Origin: an uncultured cyanobacterium
Lineage (GTDB): Bacteria > Cyanobacteriota > Cyanobacteriia > Cyanobacteriales > CAWCAG01
Assembly (NCBI GenBank): GCA_963793425.1
Contig: CAWCAG010000005.1
Location: 544,001 to 608,000 of the forward strand
Direction of reading: 5' to 3'
DNA: 64,000 bases
Below, in pieces: positions 10,107-19,889 of the stretch (within the stretch, counting starts at the first letter, position 1; the number at the start of each line of letters is the position of its first letter). Position numbers and translations under genes: made by a program. The notes under the pieces were generated by a model. It was not told the origin of the DNA. It did not search any database and worked only from the letters and a program-made list of their open reading frames with translations.

Positions 10107-11810
10107 ATGCTGCGATTAGAACATATTAGTAAAATTTATCCTACAGGTGAAGTTCTCAAGGATGTTACTTGGGAAGTTAAGCCAGGAGAAAGAGTTGGTT
10201 TGGTAGGAGTTAATGGCGCAGGGAAGTCTACTCAGCTCAAAATTATCACTGGAGAAACTGAACCTACTTCCGGGGAAGTAGTTCGTCCGGGGAGTTTACA
10301 CATTGCCTATCTTACCCAAGAATTTGAGGTGGAACCGACTCGTACCGTCCGAGAGGAGTTTTGGACAGTATTTACAGAGGCAAATGAGGTACAGCAAGCG
10401 ATAGGGCAAGTGACTCTGGACATGGAGACAGCAACGCCAGAGAAGTTAGAGAAATTGATTAATAAGTTAGATAAGTTACAGCGCAAATTTGAAGCTTTAG
10501 ATGGTTACGGCTTGGAGGCACAAATTGAGAAGATTTTGCCAGAAATGGGTTTTGCCAGTGAAGATGGTGAACGCTTAGTTTCTTCTTTTAGTGGCGGTTG
10601 GCAAATGCGGATGAGTTTGGGGAAAATTTTGCTCCAAAATCCTGATGTGTTGCTTTTGGACGAACCAACAAACCATTTAGATTTAGCGACTATTGAGTGG
10701 TTAGAAAATTATCTTAAGGCACTTAAGACTCCGATGGTAATTGTTTCCCATGACCGGGAATTTTTAGACCGCCTTTGTACTAAAATTGTGGAAACAGAAA
10801 GGGGAGTTGCCACAACTTATCCCGGTAATTACTCAGCTTATTTACAACAAAAGGAAGAAGCTAAATTAGCCCAACTAAGTACCTATGAGCGGCAACAGAA
10901 AGAGATTGAGAAGCAACAGGTATTTATTGAACGCTTCCGGGCTAGCGCTACCCGCAGTACCCAAGCGAAAAGTCGGGAAAAGCAATTAGATAAAATTGAA
11001 CTTGTTGATGCACCAACTGCTGATTTGAGGGGTTTACGCTTTAAATTTCCCCCTTCTTCCCGTAGTGGTAGAGAAGTTGTAGAAATTAAGGATTTAACCC
11101 ATACCTATAACGATAATATTCTTTTTGTCGGTACAGAGTTAGAAATTGAAAGGGGCGATCGCGTCGCTTTTTTGGGACCGAATGGGGCAGGAAAGTCTAC
11201 TATTTTAAGAATGATTATGGGTTTGGAAAAACCCGAAGAAGGTGAAGTTAGCTTAGGGAAACATAATGTTATTCCTGGTTATTTTGAGCAGAATCAAGCT
11301 GAAGCCTTAGATTTAAACCGCACAGTTATGGAAACTATTCATGATGAGGTTCCTGACTGGAAAAATGAAGAAGTGCGTCGTTTATTGGGGCAGTTTCTTT
11401 TCAGCGGGGAAACGGCTTTTAAAAGGGTGGATGCTTTGAGTGGAGGCGAGAAAGCCCGTTTAGCTTTAGCAAAGATGCTCTTGCAACCAGCTAATCTGTT
11501 AATTCTGGATGAGCCGACTAACCATCTTGATATTCCGGCAAAAGAGATGTTAGAAGAGGCCATTCAAAATTATGATGGGACAGTGATTGTTGTTTCCCAT
11601 GACCGTTATTTTATTTCTAAAATAGCTAACAAAGTCATTGAGATTCACGACGGCGAGTTTCGCACTTATTTAGGAGATTATCATTACTATTTAGATAAGA
11701 TTGCTGAAGAGAAAGAAACAATTAGATCAGCCAAAATAGCAGCAGAGAAAGAAGCGAAAAAGAAATCTAAGGCAGCGAAAAAGAAATCTAAAACGACTAG
11801 CAAAAGGTAG
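10107..11810 (+). CDS. ABC-F family ATP-binding protein
   Basis: Two ABC cassettes (GVNGAGKST, GPNGAGKST, DEPTNHLD x2); no TM domain. Confidence 0.95.
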   Translation: MLRLEHISKIYPTGEVLKDVTWEVKPGERVGLVGVNGAGKSTQLKIITGETEPTSGEVVRPGSLHIAYLTQEFEVEPTRTVREEFWTVFTEANEVQQAIGQVTLDMETATPEKLEKLINKLDKLQRKFEALDGYGLEAQIEKILPEMGFASEDGERLVSSFSGGWQMRMSLGKILLQNPDVLLLDEPTNHLDLATIEWLENYLKALKTPMVIVSHDREFLDRLCTKIVETERGVATTYPGNYSAYLQQKEEAKLAQLSTYERQQKEIEKQQVFIERFRASATRSTQAKSREKQLDKIELVDAPTADLRGLRFKFPPSSRSGREVVEIKDLTHTYNDNILFVGTELEIERGDRVAFLGPNGAGKSTILRMIMGLEKPEEGEVSLGKHNVIPGYFEQNQAEALDLNRTVMETIHDEVPDWKNEEVRRLLGQFLFSGETAFKRVDALSGGEKARLALAKMLLQPANLLILDEPTNHLDIPAKEMLEEAIQNYDGTVIVVSHDRYFISKIANKVIEIHDGEFRTYLGDYHYYLDKIAEEKETIRSAKIAAEKEAKKKSKAAKKKSKTTSKR

Positions 11811-11825
11811 ATTGATAAATGTTTA

Positions 11826-12260
11826 ATGATAAATGACAAATGTCTAATCATACTGGGTTTTGATCCCGGCAAAGATAAATGTGGTGTTGCTGTTAAGAAA
11901 CAAGACAGTGAACTACTTTATCATCAGGTTGTAGCCTCGCCAGAAGCGATTACTTCTATTAATGGTTTATGCCAAAAGTATGGAGTGAAGCTTTTAGTAA
12001 TGGGAAATCAAACCACCTCTAAACAGTGGAAACAAAAGCTAGAAGAAAAACTAACTGCCAAAATATCGATACTGATGGTGGACGAAAGATACTCTACCTT
12101 AGAAGCCCGTGATCGCTATTGGGAAATGTATCCTCCTCAAGGGCTAAAACGTCTTATTCCGCAAGGAATGCGCCTTCCTCCTCGTCCGGTGGATGATATT
12201 GTGGCTATTTTGTTGATTGAACGCTATTGCCAAAGTCAAAGAGAAGCCGAACAGAGGTAG
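11826..12260 (+). CDS. yqgF: YqgF/RuvX family RNase H-fold nuclease
   Basis: LGFDPGKDKCG, VDERYST, VDDIVA motifs. Confidence 0.85.
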   Translation: MINDKCLIILGFDPGKDKCGVAVKKQDSELLYHQVVASPEAITSINGLCQKYGVKLLVMGNQTTSKQWKQKLEEKLTAKISILMVDERYSTLEARDRYWEMYPPQGLKRLIPQGMRLPPRPVDDIVAILLIERYCQSQREAEQR

Positions 12261-12475
12261 CTTCACCGTCTTAGCAATTCAGGAAGTTATCAAGTACAAG
12301 AATTAGATAGTAATGGTCGTTATTTTTTGTCAGCCTTGAATTTATTTCTAGGTGTATGGCAAGGGAAGAAAAGGGAAACTTGTTGCCTTGGACGGAGTCT
12401 CTAGAGAAGGAAAAGCAGAGGGCTGAAAAGTTAATTGAACAGTTGAGGAAAGCAGGACTTGAGCCAGAATTTTAG
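12259..12475 (+). pseudogene. 3' remnant of a Uma2-family endonuclease gene
   Basis: Broken-frame translation LHRLSNSGSYQVQELDSNGRYF / LNLFLGVWQG / GNLLPWTESLEKEKQRAEKLIEQLRKAGLEPEF*, the typical cyanobacterial Uma2 C-terminus. Confidence 0.7.
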
Positions 12476-12511
12476 CTTATGTCATTTTTCTTTAGTGCGA
12501 TCGCGCCTCAA

Positions 12512-12847
12512 TCAACCGACAGCAAACTCTGTAAACTGACGAATATATGGTGTATGAAACCCAATAACAATATCTTTTTTAGGTACACCTAAATCAACCA
12601 ATTCTTTTCCCAAATCAACTTCTGTTGTGTTCTGTTGAATCCAAACTTTACCATCTTTGATATCAAGGTGCATAGGGCAGTAATAAACCCGCTTTTTATC
12701 TTCCCAGCCAATTTTAACAACTTGATAATGATTATGTTCTGTATCGAAAGCAATTTGTACTTCTATTTCTCCATAGGAATGTTTATAAGAAGCATATTCA
12801 GTGAGAATTGCTTTGATACAATCTCGATACTTTTCTAATTTTTCCAT
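12512..12847 (-). CDS. xisI: XisI family protein
   Basis: HYQVVKIGW, HLDIKDGKVWIQQNTTE, LGVPKKDIVIGFH. Confidence 0.92.
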   Translation of the reverse strand: MEKLEKYRDCIKAILTEYASYKHSYGEIEVQIAFDTEHNHYQVVKIGWEDKKRVYYCPMHLDIKDGKVWIQQNTTEVDLGKELVDLGVPKKDIVIGFHTPYIRQFTEFAVG

Positions 12848-12920
12848 AAAGCAATCAGTTCTTCTAACTTTAGATATTCAATAGTTTAATATTAATGAGC
12901 GAATTTAAAATATAGGGCTA

Positions 12921-13015
12921 TATAGCCTTTCTCGGACTGATGAGGTACATTTCCACTAGCCACTAGCCAAAGCGCAAAAACCAGGCTGTACCTCACTAGC
13001 CTAAGAATCGCTATA
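12921..13015. mobile_element. MITE-like element (TATAGC...TGAGGTACA / TGTACCTCA...GCTATA)
   Basis: Imperfect ~29-bp terminal inverted repeats; internal CCACTAG STRR units. Confidence 0.75.
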
Positions 13016-13226
13016 TCCCTCTTCTGTCAATCTCCGGAAACAAAAGTCATTTCTAAATTCTGGAGCTTTTGTATAGTATGCGATCGCAATATTTTTTCTT
13101 CCTAAAAATTCTTGCAAGCAGCAAAATTGCCAAAATTCGATTATTGCACTCTGCATTCCCTAGTATATCATTTGTCCAGGAAGTTCAAATAATAGGAAAA
13201 ATCGGAATCTGACAGAAGAGGGATAT
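13013..13226. mobile_element. ~210-bp element with perfect 17-bp inverted repeats (probable MITE, TA target)
   Basis: ATATCCCTCTTCTGTCA (13013-13029) and TGACAGAAGAGGGATAT (13210-13226). Confidence 0.75.
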
Positions 13227-13375
13227 TAGGCGGCTATAATTAATGGGGTTTTAAATCAATAATATTCAATCAGCCGTAACGCACCCATATTATAGGATGG
13301 TTCGTTACATTAATATTTTAAGGAGTTTGTTAGACTAAAGGGTCTTAGTTAGAAAAAATCCGACAATAATCAAAG

Positions 13376-14755
13376 ATGAGAACTGCGCCAAAAATTGAGT
13401 CTAGCAACTTAAGTATCGCTGATTTATTTAGAGATTTCTACTCAGTACCTGACTTCCAGAGAGAGTATGTGTGGCAAAAATCTAATGTTGAGAGATTGCT
13501 ATCAGATATCTATTACGAACTTTACGAGGAAGATGTAACTTTAGACGACGCTGAATATTTTCTAGGTTCCATCGTGGTTTTTCGTGATGAAGATAAAACT
13601 TTTCAGTTGATTGATGGTCAGCAAAGATTAACAACTATATATTTGGTTTTTTGTGTTGTTCGCAATTTGATTGTAGATTTAGGTAGTCAGTCTAGAGCTT
13701 TAGATGATTTAATAGCTGGTGTTACCCAAGATATGAAAACTGGAGAAGATGTTAGCCGATATCATCGTTACTACATTATGTCTCACTATAATGTTGACCT
13801 AAAAAATAATTTCCCTGAAGAAGATATATACAACTGGTTCGTTGAGCAAGAATCATATCATAGAATAAATCAAGACCCTTTAAAATTTGTTGATGAGTTA
13901 ATAGAAGCCAGTCAAAATTATCGGATGTTTACAGAAGGGAAAAATACTGATAGTTCACATAATAGGTATCTAGGTAACATAAAAAAGCTTCAGGGAGGTT
14001 ATAGTCAACACTTCATATTGCTTTTAGCAGGCAGACATTTAGAAAAGGATTTGTTTGCTAAATTATGCGAACAAGTGGAAAACTTACTTTTTATCTATAC
14101 TTTTATCCGCAAAGGAAGAGGTAAAGATTTTAATCTTACTCGTGTATTTTCTCAGTGGAGTGAAAAACTGCGCTTAATAAAAAACAGTGAACAACTATCG
14201 AATTTTATAGAAGAGCATTTTAAAAAAGCTGTTCATTCTTGGAGTTCTGAATTTGAGACACTTTTCAAAGGATTAACAGAATCGGATATAGCTAAATTCC
14301 GACTCCGTTATATTTTGGCCAAACTAAGTCAATTTGTAGATGAGGAGGTTTATAGTAGTTATAAACCTTTAAGTTCCTATTTAGCTAAATCTATACATAT
14401 TGAACATATATTACCCCAATCGAGAAAAATTCAACTAATTGATGGTTTTGATAAACCAGAAAAGTATGAGAACTACGTCAAAAAACTTGGCAACTTAACG
14501 CTATTGGAAAATTCCATTAATAGCTCTATTTCTAATAATTCTTATGAGCTAAAAAAGCAAGGTTATCGACATTCCCAAATGCTTATAACTAGGTCTTTGG
14601 TGGAAAAGCCAAATGTAGGCAGCAATACTCAAATTAACCGAGGTATGAAAAATCTAGAACTTGAGCAGTATGATGATTGGACATCGGATTCTATAGATAA
14701 ACGTCAAGATAGATTAGTAAGTTTAGCAAAGAAAGTTTGGGGTTTATCTTCTTAA
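13376..14755 (+). CDS. DUF262-DUF1524 (GmrSD-like type IV restriction) protein, apparently internally deleted
   Basis: PDFQREYVW and IDGQQRLTT (DUF262); IEHILPQ...LGNLTLL...N (DUF1524 HNH); FxxxN motif not found. Confidence 0.85.
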   Translation: MRTAPKIESSNLSIADLFRDFYSVPDFQREYVWQKSNVERLLSDIYYELYEEDVTLDDAEYFLGSIVVFRDEDKTFQLIDGQQRLTTIYLVFCVVRNLIVDLGSQSRALDDLIAGVTQDMKTGEDVSRYHRYYIMSHYNVDLKNNFPEEDIYNWFVEQESYHRINQDPLKFVDELIEASQNYRMFTEGKNTDSSHNRYLGNIKKLQGGYSQHFILLLAGRHLEKDLFAKLCEQVENLLFIYTFIRKGRGKDFNLTRVFSQWSEKLRLIKNSEQLSNFIEEHFKKAVHSWSSEFETLFKGLTESDIAKFRLRYILAKLSQFVDEEVYSSYKPLSSYLAKSIHIEHILPQSRKIQLIDGFDKPEKYENYVKKLGNLTLLENSINSSISNNSYELKKQGYRHSQMLITRSLVEKPNVGSNTQINRGMKNLELEQYDDWTSDSIDKRQDRLVSLAKKVWGLSS

Positions 14756-14835
14756 GCACATTTTACTTAGGTTATTTATTTCTAATACTAAATCTATCGT
14801 CTTTTGTGTAAAAAAGGTAGGGCTGATCTAGCTTG

Positions 14836-14862
14836 AGTAGGGTGGGCATTGCCCACCCTACT
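14836..14862. repeat. REP-like perfect palindrome AGTAGGGTGGGCA-T-TGCCCACCCTACT
   Basis: 13-bp arms; related arms at 40315-40375. Confidence 0.85.
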
Positions 14863-15086
14863 TGTGAGTGCGATCTATCTCATTACTCAATTAAAATCAC
14901 CCTCTATTTCTATTATTTCTATGTCTTATGATTGCTAATTCATTTAATGTCAATCAAGCTTTTACCATAAATAATTAAAGTTCCAAAAGTACATATATAG
15001 TATTTTTATTTGTTGCCTATACTTATGGTATTTGTAGCGATTTGTCTGTTGATTGTCTGTTAATTGTAGAAGTATTTTTCCTCCCC

Positions 15087-15330
15087 TTATGGTCTGCCCC
15101 ACTCAATTTCACTTACTACGTATCTATCTATTTCTTGTGTTATGATTACTGCGATACCTTCAACTTCTCCATCAAAGCAAAATTCGATATAAGCCCAACT
15201 TCTGTCTTGCTCTTTTTTGTTTGGCCAATCATCTAGTAAATTAACTAAATCAGAAGATTCTAAAGGAGAGTTTATGTATTCAATCATATTCTCGTACTCT
15301 TCTTTTAGTATAGATTAATAAACGTTTTCA
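15087..15330 (-). pseudogene. Degraded gene for a small acidic protein ending in EIEWGRP
   Basis: 66-aa ORF (15087-15287); upstream in-frame sequence LSENVY*SILKEEYEN is interrupted by a stop. Confidence 0.45.
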
Positions 15331-15390
15331 CTTAATTTATCGTGTATATTATATATGTGTTTTTACAGGGTCGTCTTTAAGTAGAGGACT

Positions 15391-15435
15391 TTAAGCTGAA
15401 CTTGCGATAATATTTTCATCTGCTACGAAATTCAC
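15391..15435 (-). pseudogene. N-terminal stub of a DUF5615 PIN-like toxin
   Basis: GTG overlaps the DUF433 stop; translates MNFVADENIIASSA*, resembling the MKFLADEN start of DUF5615 proteins. Confidence 0.65.
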
Positions 15436-15677
15436 GATACTTTTTGAGGAAGAGGATAAACTGCCTCAGCCCTCAAAACTTCTAAAGCAAAAGCTAAAGC
15501 GGCTAAAATGCCCTCTGGAGTCAAGCGAGGATAGACCGCTAGAATTTCTTCGGTTGTTTCACCAGCAGCTAGTTTTTCAAGAATTAATTCAACTGTAATG
15601 CGAGTTCCGGCAATAACAGGTTTACCCATCATTACATCAGGGTTAGAACTAATTAAATGCCTAAGTTTCTGTTGCAT
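15432..15677 (-). CDS. DUF433 family antitoxin-like protein
   Basis: ISSNPDVMMGKPVIAGTRITV...YPRLT...AALAFA. Confidence 0.92.
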   Translation of the reverse strand: MQQKLRHLISSNPDVMMGKPVIAGTRITVELILEKLAAGETTEEILAVYPRLTPEGILAALAFALEVLRAEAVYPLPQKVS

Positions 15678-15756
15678 GATTTGAAATTAAATATTGATTC
15701 TTGTATCGTATCAGATCTGGTTGATAGCACAGGTTATCGGCGAGGGTAGGGAGCAG

Positions 15757-15831
15757 GGGGGCATCTCAAATTGGTAAATATAGGCTATTAACCTCACAGA
15801 TCAACTATTTCTGCAAAACTGAGATGCTCCC
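15757..15831. mobile_element. 75-bp miniature inverted-repeat element with 4-bp target duplication
   Basis: GGGGGCATCTCA / TGAGATGCTCCC ends; GCAG on both flanks. Confidence 0.7.
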
Positions 15832-15843
15832 GCAGCAGAAGAG

Positions 15844-18800
15844 TTAAAAATAATCCTGCAACGCCTTGACATCCAAAGGTTTGGATTGTAAGGAACGTAT
15901 TGCGGCTGCTGTTGCTTTCGCACTAGCAATAGTTGTCACCATCGGGATCTTATATGCCAGAATGGTGCGACGAATCAAACGCCCATCTTCTTGTGCCTCT
16001 TGCCCCGAAGGAGTGTTGATAATTAATTGTATTTGCCGATTTTTCACTGCATCTAAGACATGGGGACGACCTTGGTGTAACTTCAAAACCAAGTCTACCT
16101 CTAACCCTTCTTGCTGTAACTTAGCTTGGGTTCCTTCGGTGGCAATAATTTTGAAACCTAAGTCCATAAAATCTTTAACCACAGGAATAACTGCTTCTTT
16201 ATCGCGATCATTAGTAGAAACAAAAACTGTACCGGAAAGGGGTAACTTTTGTCCAGCGGCTAATTCTGCTTTCGCGAAAGCTTTACCAAAGTCTTCATCA
16301 ATACCCATCACCTCCCCGGTAGAACGCATTTCTGGCCCTAAGATGGTATCTGTACCAGGGAACTTTTCAAAAGGTAAGACAGCCTCTTTAACAGCAACGT
16401 GGCTGGGTATCACCTCTTCGGTAAAATTAAGTTCAGCCAAGGTTTGTCCTGACATCACACGGGAAGCGATCGCAGCTAAAGGTACTCCCGTTGCTTTGGA
16501 AACATAAGGGACTGTACGGGAAGCCCTGGGGTTAGCTTCGAGGATGTAAACGGTTTCTCCTTGCACCGCAAATTGGATGTTCATTAAGCCAATTACCTTA
16601 AGGGAGGTGGCTAATTGATGAGTCCAAGTCCGAATAGTCTCTACGGCTTCAGTGGCAAGGGATGTATAGGGGATAGAACAAGCGGAGTCTCCGGAGTGGA
16701 TACCTGCTTGTTCGATGTGTTCCATGATGCCACCAATCACCACCTTACCTGTATGATCGGCGATCGCATCTACATCTACTTCGATGGCATTTTCCAGGAA
16801 CTTATCAATTAAAATGGGATGATCTGGTTCTACTTGCACTGCATAAGTCATGTAGCGTTCTAGTTCTGTATCAGAGTAGACAATTTCCATTGCCCTACCC
16901 CCCAAAACATAGGAAGGGCGTACCACCACAGGATAACTAACTCGGTTGGCGATAACTAACGCCCCTTCATAGCTACGGGCAATACCATTGGGAGGTTGTT
17001 TAATGTCTAACTCCCGCAGAATTTTCTCGAATTTTTCCCGATCTTCTGCTGCATCAATAGAGTCGGGGGAAGTTCCCCAAATTTTAGTATTTGTTTCCTG
17101 TTGCTGTAAGTATTCCTGGAGGGGAAGTGCCAATTTTAGGGGTGTTTGACCGCCAAACTGAATAATAATCCCTTCAGGATGTTCAACCTCAATAATATTG
17201 AGAACATCTTCTTTAGTTAAGGGTTCAAAATAAAGGCGATCGCTGGTGTCATAATCGGTAGAAACAGTTTCTGGGTTGGAGTTGACCATAATTGTCTCAA
17301 AGCCTTCCTTACTCAAAGAAAAAGCAGCGTGACAACAGCAATAATCAAATTCAATTCCTTGCCCAATACGATTTGGTCCACCACCTAAAATCATCACCTT
17401 ACGTTTCTCAGAAGGCATAACTTCAGATTCTTCTGGTTCGTAGGTAGAATAATAGTAGGGGGTAAAAGCTTCAAATTCTGCCGCACAGGTATCCACAACT
17501 TTATAAACAGGAACAATGCCTAAACCCCTACGATAGCTGCGTACCTCATCTTCATGAGTATTAGTGGCAAAAGCAATTTGGCGATCGCTAAATCCTTGTT
17601 GTTTGACTTCCCTTAAGTGTTCTTTGCTTAATTGATTTAAGGGAGTACGTTTGAGGAATCTTTCTGTCAGCAGTAACTCAGCAAACTTATCCAAAAACCA
17701 AATATCAATGCCGGTGAGTTCATAAATCTGTTCGACACTCAAACCTAACTGTAAGGCATTGCGGACGGTGAAAATTCTTTCTGGGTTGGGGGTACGCAAA
17801 CTCGCCCTCACTTGGGGCAGGGAAGGTAACTTTTCTTTTTGATCACAACCAAAGCCATAGCGTCCTGTTTCGAGGGATCTTAAGGCTTTTTGGAAAGATT
17901 CTTGAAATGTACGTCCAATGGCCATAACTTCACCCACAGATTTCATTTGGGTAGTGAGGGTAGCTTTGGAACCGGGGAACTTTTCAAAGGCGAAGCGAGG
18001 GATCTTGGTTACGACATAATCAATAGTTGGCTCAAAAGAGGCAGGAGTTTTTTGGGTAATATCATTAGGGATTTCGTTTAAGGTGTAACCCACAGCTAAT
18101 TTAGCAGCGAATTTAGCAATGGGGAAACCTGTGGCTTTAGAAGCTAAGGCAGAAGAACGAGATACTCTGGGGTTCATTTCAATGACAATTAAGTCCCCAT
18201 TCACTGGATTAACAGCAAATTGAATATTAGAACCTCCTGTTTCTACACCAATTTCCCGAATAATCTTCAAAGAAGCATCTCGCAATCTTTGGTATTCTTT
18301 ATCCGTTAAAGTTTGGGCTGGGGCAACGGTAATGGAGTCTCCGGTATGAATGCCCATGGGGTCAATATTTTCAATGGAACAGATAATCACCACATTATCT
18401 GCCAAATCTCGCATCACTTCTAATTCGTATTCCTTCCAACCCAAAAGGGATTTTTCTACCAAAATTTGGGAAACAGGGCTGGCATCAATACCCCCTTGGG
18501 CCATTTCCTCATATTCTTCTTGGTTATAGGAGATACCCCCACCAGTTCCCCCCATAGTGAAAGCAGGACGAATAATTAAAGGATAAGTACCAATCTGGGT
18601 AGCAATTTCTTTAGCTTCATCAAGGGTACTTGCAATACCAGAAGGACAAACACCAACGCCAATTCTGGCCATTGCTTCTTTAAATAGCAAGCGATCTTCG
18701 GCCATTTCGATGGCTGGAAGTTTGGCCCCAATTAATTCAACTCCATACTTTTCTAAGACACCACTTTTAGCCAAGTCTACAGCCACATTCAGGGCTGTTT

Positions 18801-19077
18801 GACCTCCCATAGTCGGTAACAGGGCATCGGGTTTTTCTTTGGCAATAACCTTCTCAACAATTTCCGGAGTCAGGGGTTCAATGTAAGTCCTGTCGGCAGT
18901 TTCGGGATCAGTCATAATCGAAGCAGGATTGGAGTTAACCAAAACTACTTCATAACCTTCTTCTCGCAGGGCTTTACAAGCCTGAGTTCCAGAGTAATCA
19001 AATTCGCAAGCCTGTCCAATGACAATTGGACCAGAACCAAGAAGCAGAATTTTGTGTAGGTCGTCGCGGCGTGGCAT
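15844..19077 (-). CDS. carB: Carbamoyl-phosphate synthase large subunit
   Basis: [21 protein letters not shown], duplicated ATP-grasp domains, MGS domain. Confidence 0.99.
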   Translation of the reverse strand: MPRRDDLHKILLLGSGPIVIGQACEFDYSGTQACKALREEGYEVVLVNSNPASIMTDPETADRTYIEPLTPEIVEKVIAKEKPDALLPTMGGQTALNVAVDLAKSGVLEKYGVELIGAKLPAIEMAEDRLLFKEAMARIGVGVCPSGIASTLDEAKEIATQIGTYPLIIRPAFTMGGTGGGISYNQEEYEEMAQGGIDASPVSQILVEKSLLGWKEYELEVMRDLADNVVIICSIENIDPMGIHTGDSITVAPAQTLTDKEYQRLRDASLKIIREIGVETGGSNIQFAVNPVNGDLIVIEMNPRVSRSSALASKATGFPIAKFAAKLAVGYTLNEIPNDITQKTPASFEPTIDYVVTKIPRFAFEKFPGSKATLTTQMKSVGEVMAIGRTFQESFQKALRSLETGRYGFGCDQKEKLPSLPQVRASLRTPNPERIFTVRNALQLGLSVEQIYELTGIDIWFLDKFAELLLTERFLKRTPLNQLSKEHLREVKQQGFSDRQIAFATNTHEDEVRSYRRGLGIVPVYKVVDTCAAEFEAFTPYYYSTYEPEESEVMPSEKRKVMILGGGPNRIGQGIEFDYCCCHAAFSLSKEGFETIMVNSNPETVSTDYDTSDRLYFEPLTKEDVLNIIEVEHPEGIIIQFGGQTPLKLALPLQEYLQQQETNTKIWGTSPDSIDAAEDREKFEKILRELDIKQPPNGIARSYEGALVIANRVSYPVVVRPSYVLGGRAMEIVYSDTELERYMTYAVQVEPDHPILIDKFLENAIEVDVDAIADHTGKVVIGGIMEHIEQAGIHSGDSACSIPYTSLATEAVETIRTWTHQLATSLKVIGLMNIQFAVQGETVYILEANPRASRTVPYVSKATGVPLAAIASRVMSGQTLAELNFTEEVIPSHVAVKEAVLPFEKFPGTDTILGPEMRSTGEVMGIDEDFGKAFAKAELAAGQKLPLSGTVFVSTNDRDKEAVIPVVKDFMDLGFKIIATEGTQAKLQQEGLEVDLVLKLHQGRPHVLDAVKNRQIQLIINTPSGQEAQEDGRLIRRTILAYKIPMVTTIASAKATAAAIRSLQSKPLDVKALQDYF

Positions 19078-19240
19078 AGTTGTTGATGCAAGTAGATACG
19101 GTTGGGCAAATTCTCCCTATTCTATAGGTTATTGGTCATCCTGGTAGTTTTATTTTTGACAGCTTTTTTCTGGTTATTAGAGAAAAAACCAATAAAGCAT
19201 TGATTTATCGAACCTTTTAAGTGCTATGGCTAAAGTACCA

Positions 19241-19873
19241 TCACAGAAAAGAAGCTTGTATATTCTTCATTGCTTGTAATACTTGGAATATTTCATTTTC
19301 TTGAGGATTTAAAAGAGTAAACTTTTTAGATAAAGCGTAGCGTTTGATTTGCTTATTCAATTTCAGAAAAATATAGTCTTCTCCGTTGGTAACTAAACCA
19401 AAAACAGAAGTTTCTGTCTCCGGCTTAGCCATCATATAAGCCAAAGTTTGGGGAATAGCCAGAGAAACATTAAAGCCGTAGCGCTTAGCTTCAATAACCA
19501 CAACCCAAAATTGATTTTGAACCACTAAACCATCAATAAAACCTTTTAAAGGAGTTTCTGAATCATCTATTTCCACTGCAACAGATTTTTCGGCTTTAAG
19601 CTTAAAAGGAGGGTCACACCAAGACAGTAACTCTAATAAAGGAGAAATCATAATAATATTGATCGTCCCTTCGGTAATGGCGTTGTCGTCGGCATAGTAC
19701 CAGTAACGCCTTTTTAAACGCTCTAAAGTTAACTGTTCTGATTCTGTTAGTTCTGGTAATTCTGCATACCATTCAGGGAAAAAATCAGAGTCATGAGTAA
19801 TCTCAAGAGCAAATTTTTCTCTAATATCTCTGAGACTTTTAATTCGATCAGTAACGGCAAGTGATTCAACCAT
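19241..19873 (-). CDS. Stand-alone type I restriction HsdR N-terminal-like (PD-(D/E)xK) protein
   Basis: GFIDGLV...VIEAKR...QTLAYM...GLVTNG motif; start MVESL preferred. Confidence 0.8.
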   Translation of the reverse strand: MVESLAVTDRIKSLRDIREKFALEITHDSDFFPEWYAELPELTESEQLTLERLKRRYWYYADDNAITEGTINIIMISPLLELLSWCDPPFKLKAEKSVAVEIDDSETPLKGFIDGLVVQNQFWVVVIEAKRYGFNVSLAIPQTLAYMMAKPETETSVFGLVTNGEDYIFLKLNKQIKRYALSKKFTLLNPQENEIFQVLQAMKNIQASFL

Positions 19874-19889
19874 CAAAACTGCTCCCTGC

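Noticed and set aside
12935..13000. CTGATGA followed by a stem, resembling a hammerhead ribozyme core
   Set aside because: No GAAA after the stem; the pairing is explained by MITE inverted repeats.
15866..16507. 213-aa plus-strand ORF
   Set aside because: Antisense shadow of carB; the same applies to the other short ORFs opposite sulP, corC, smc, the kinases and pfkB.
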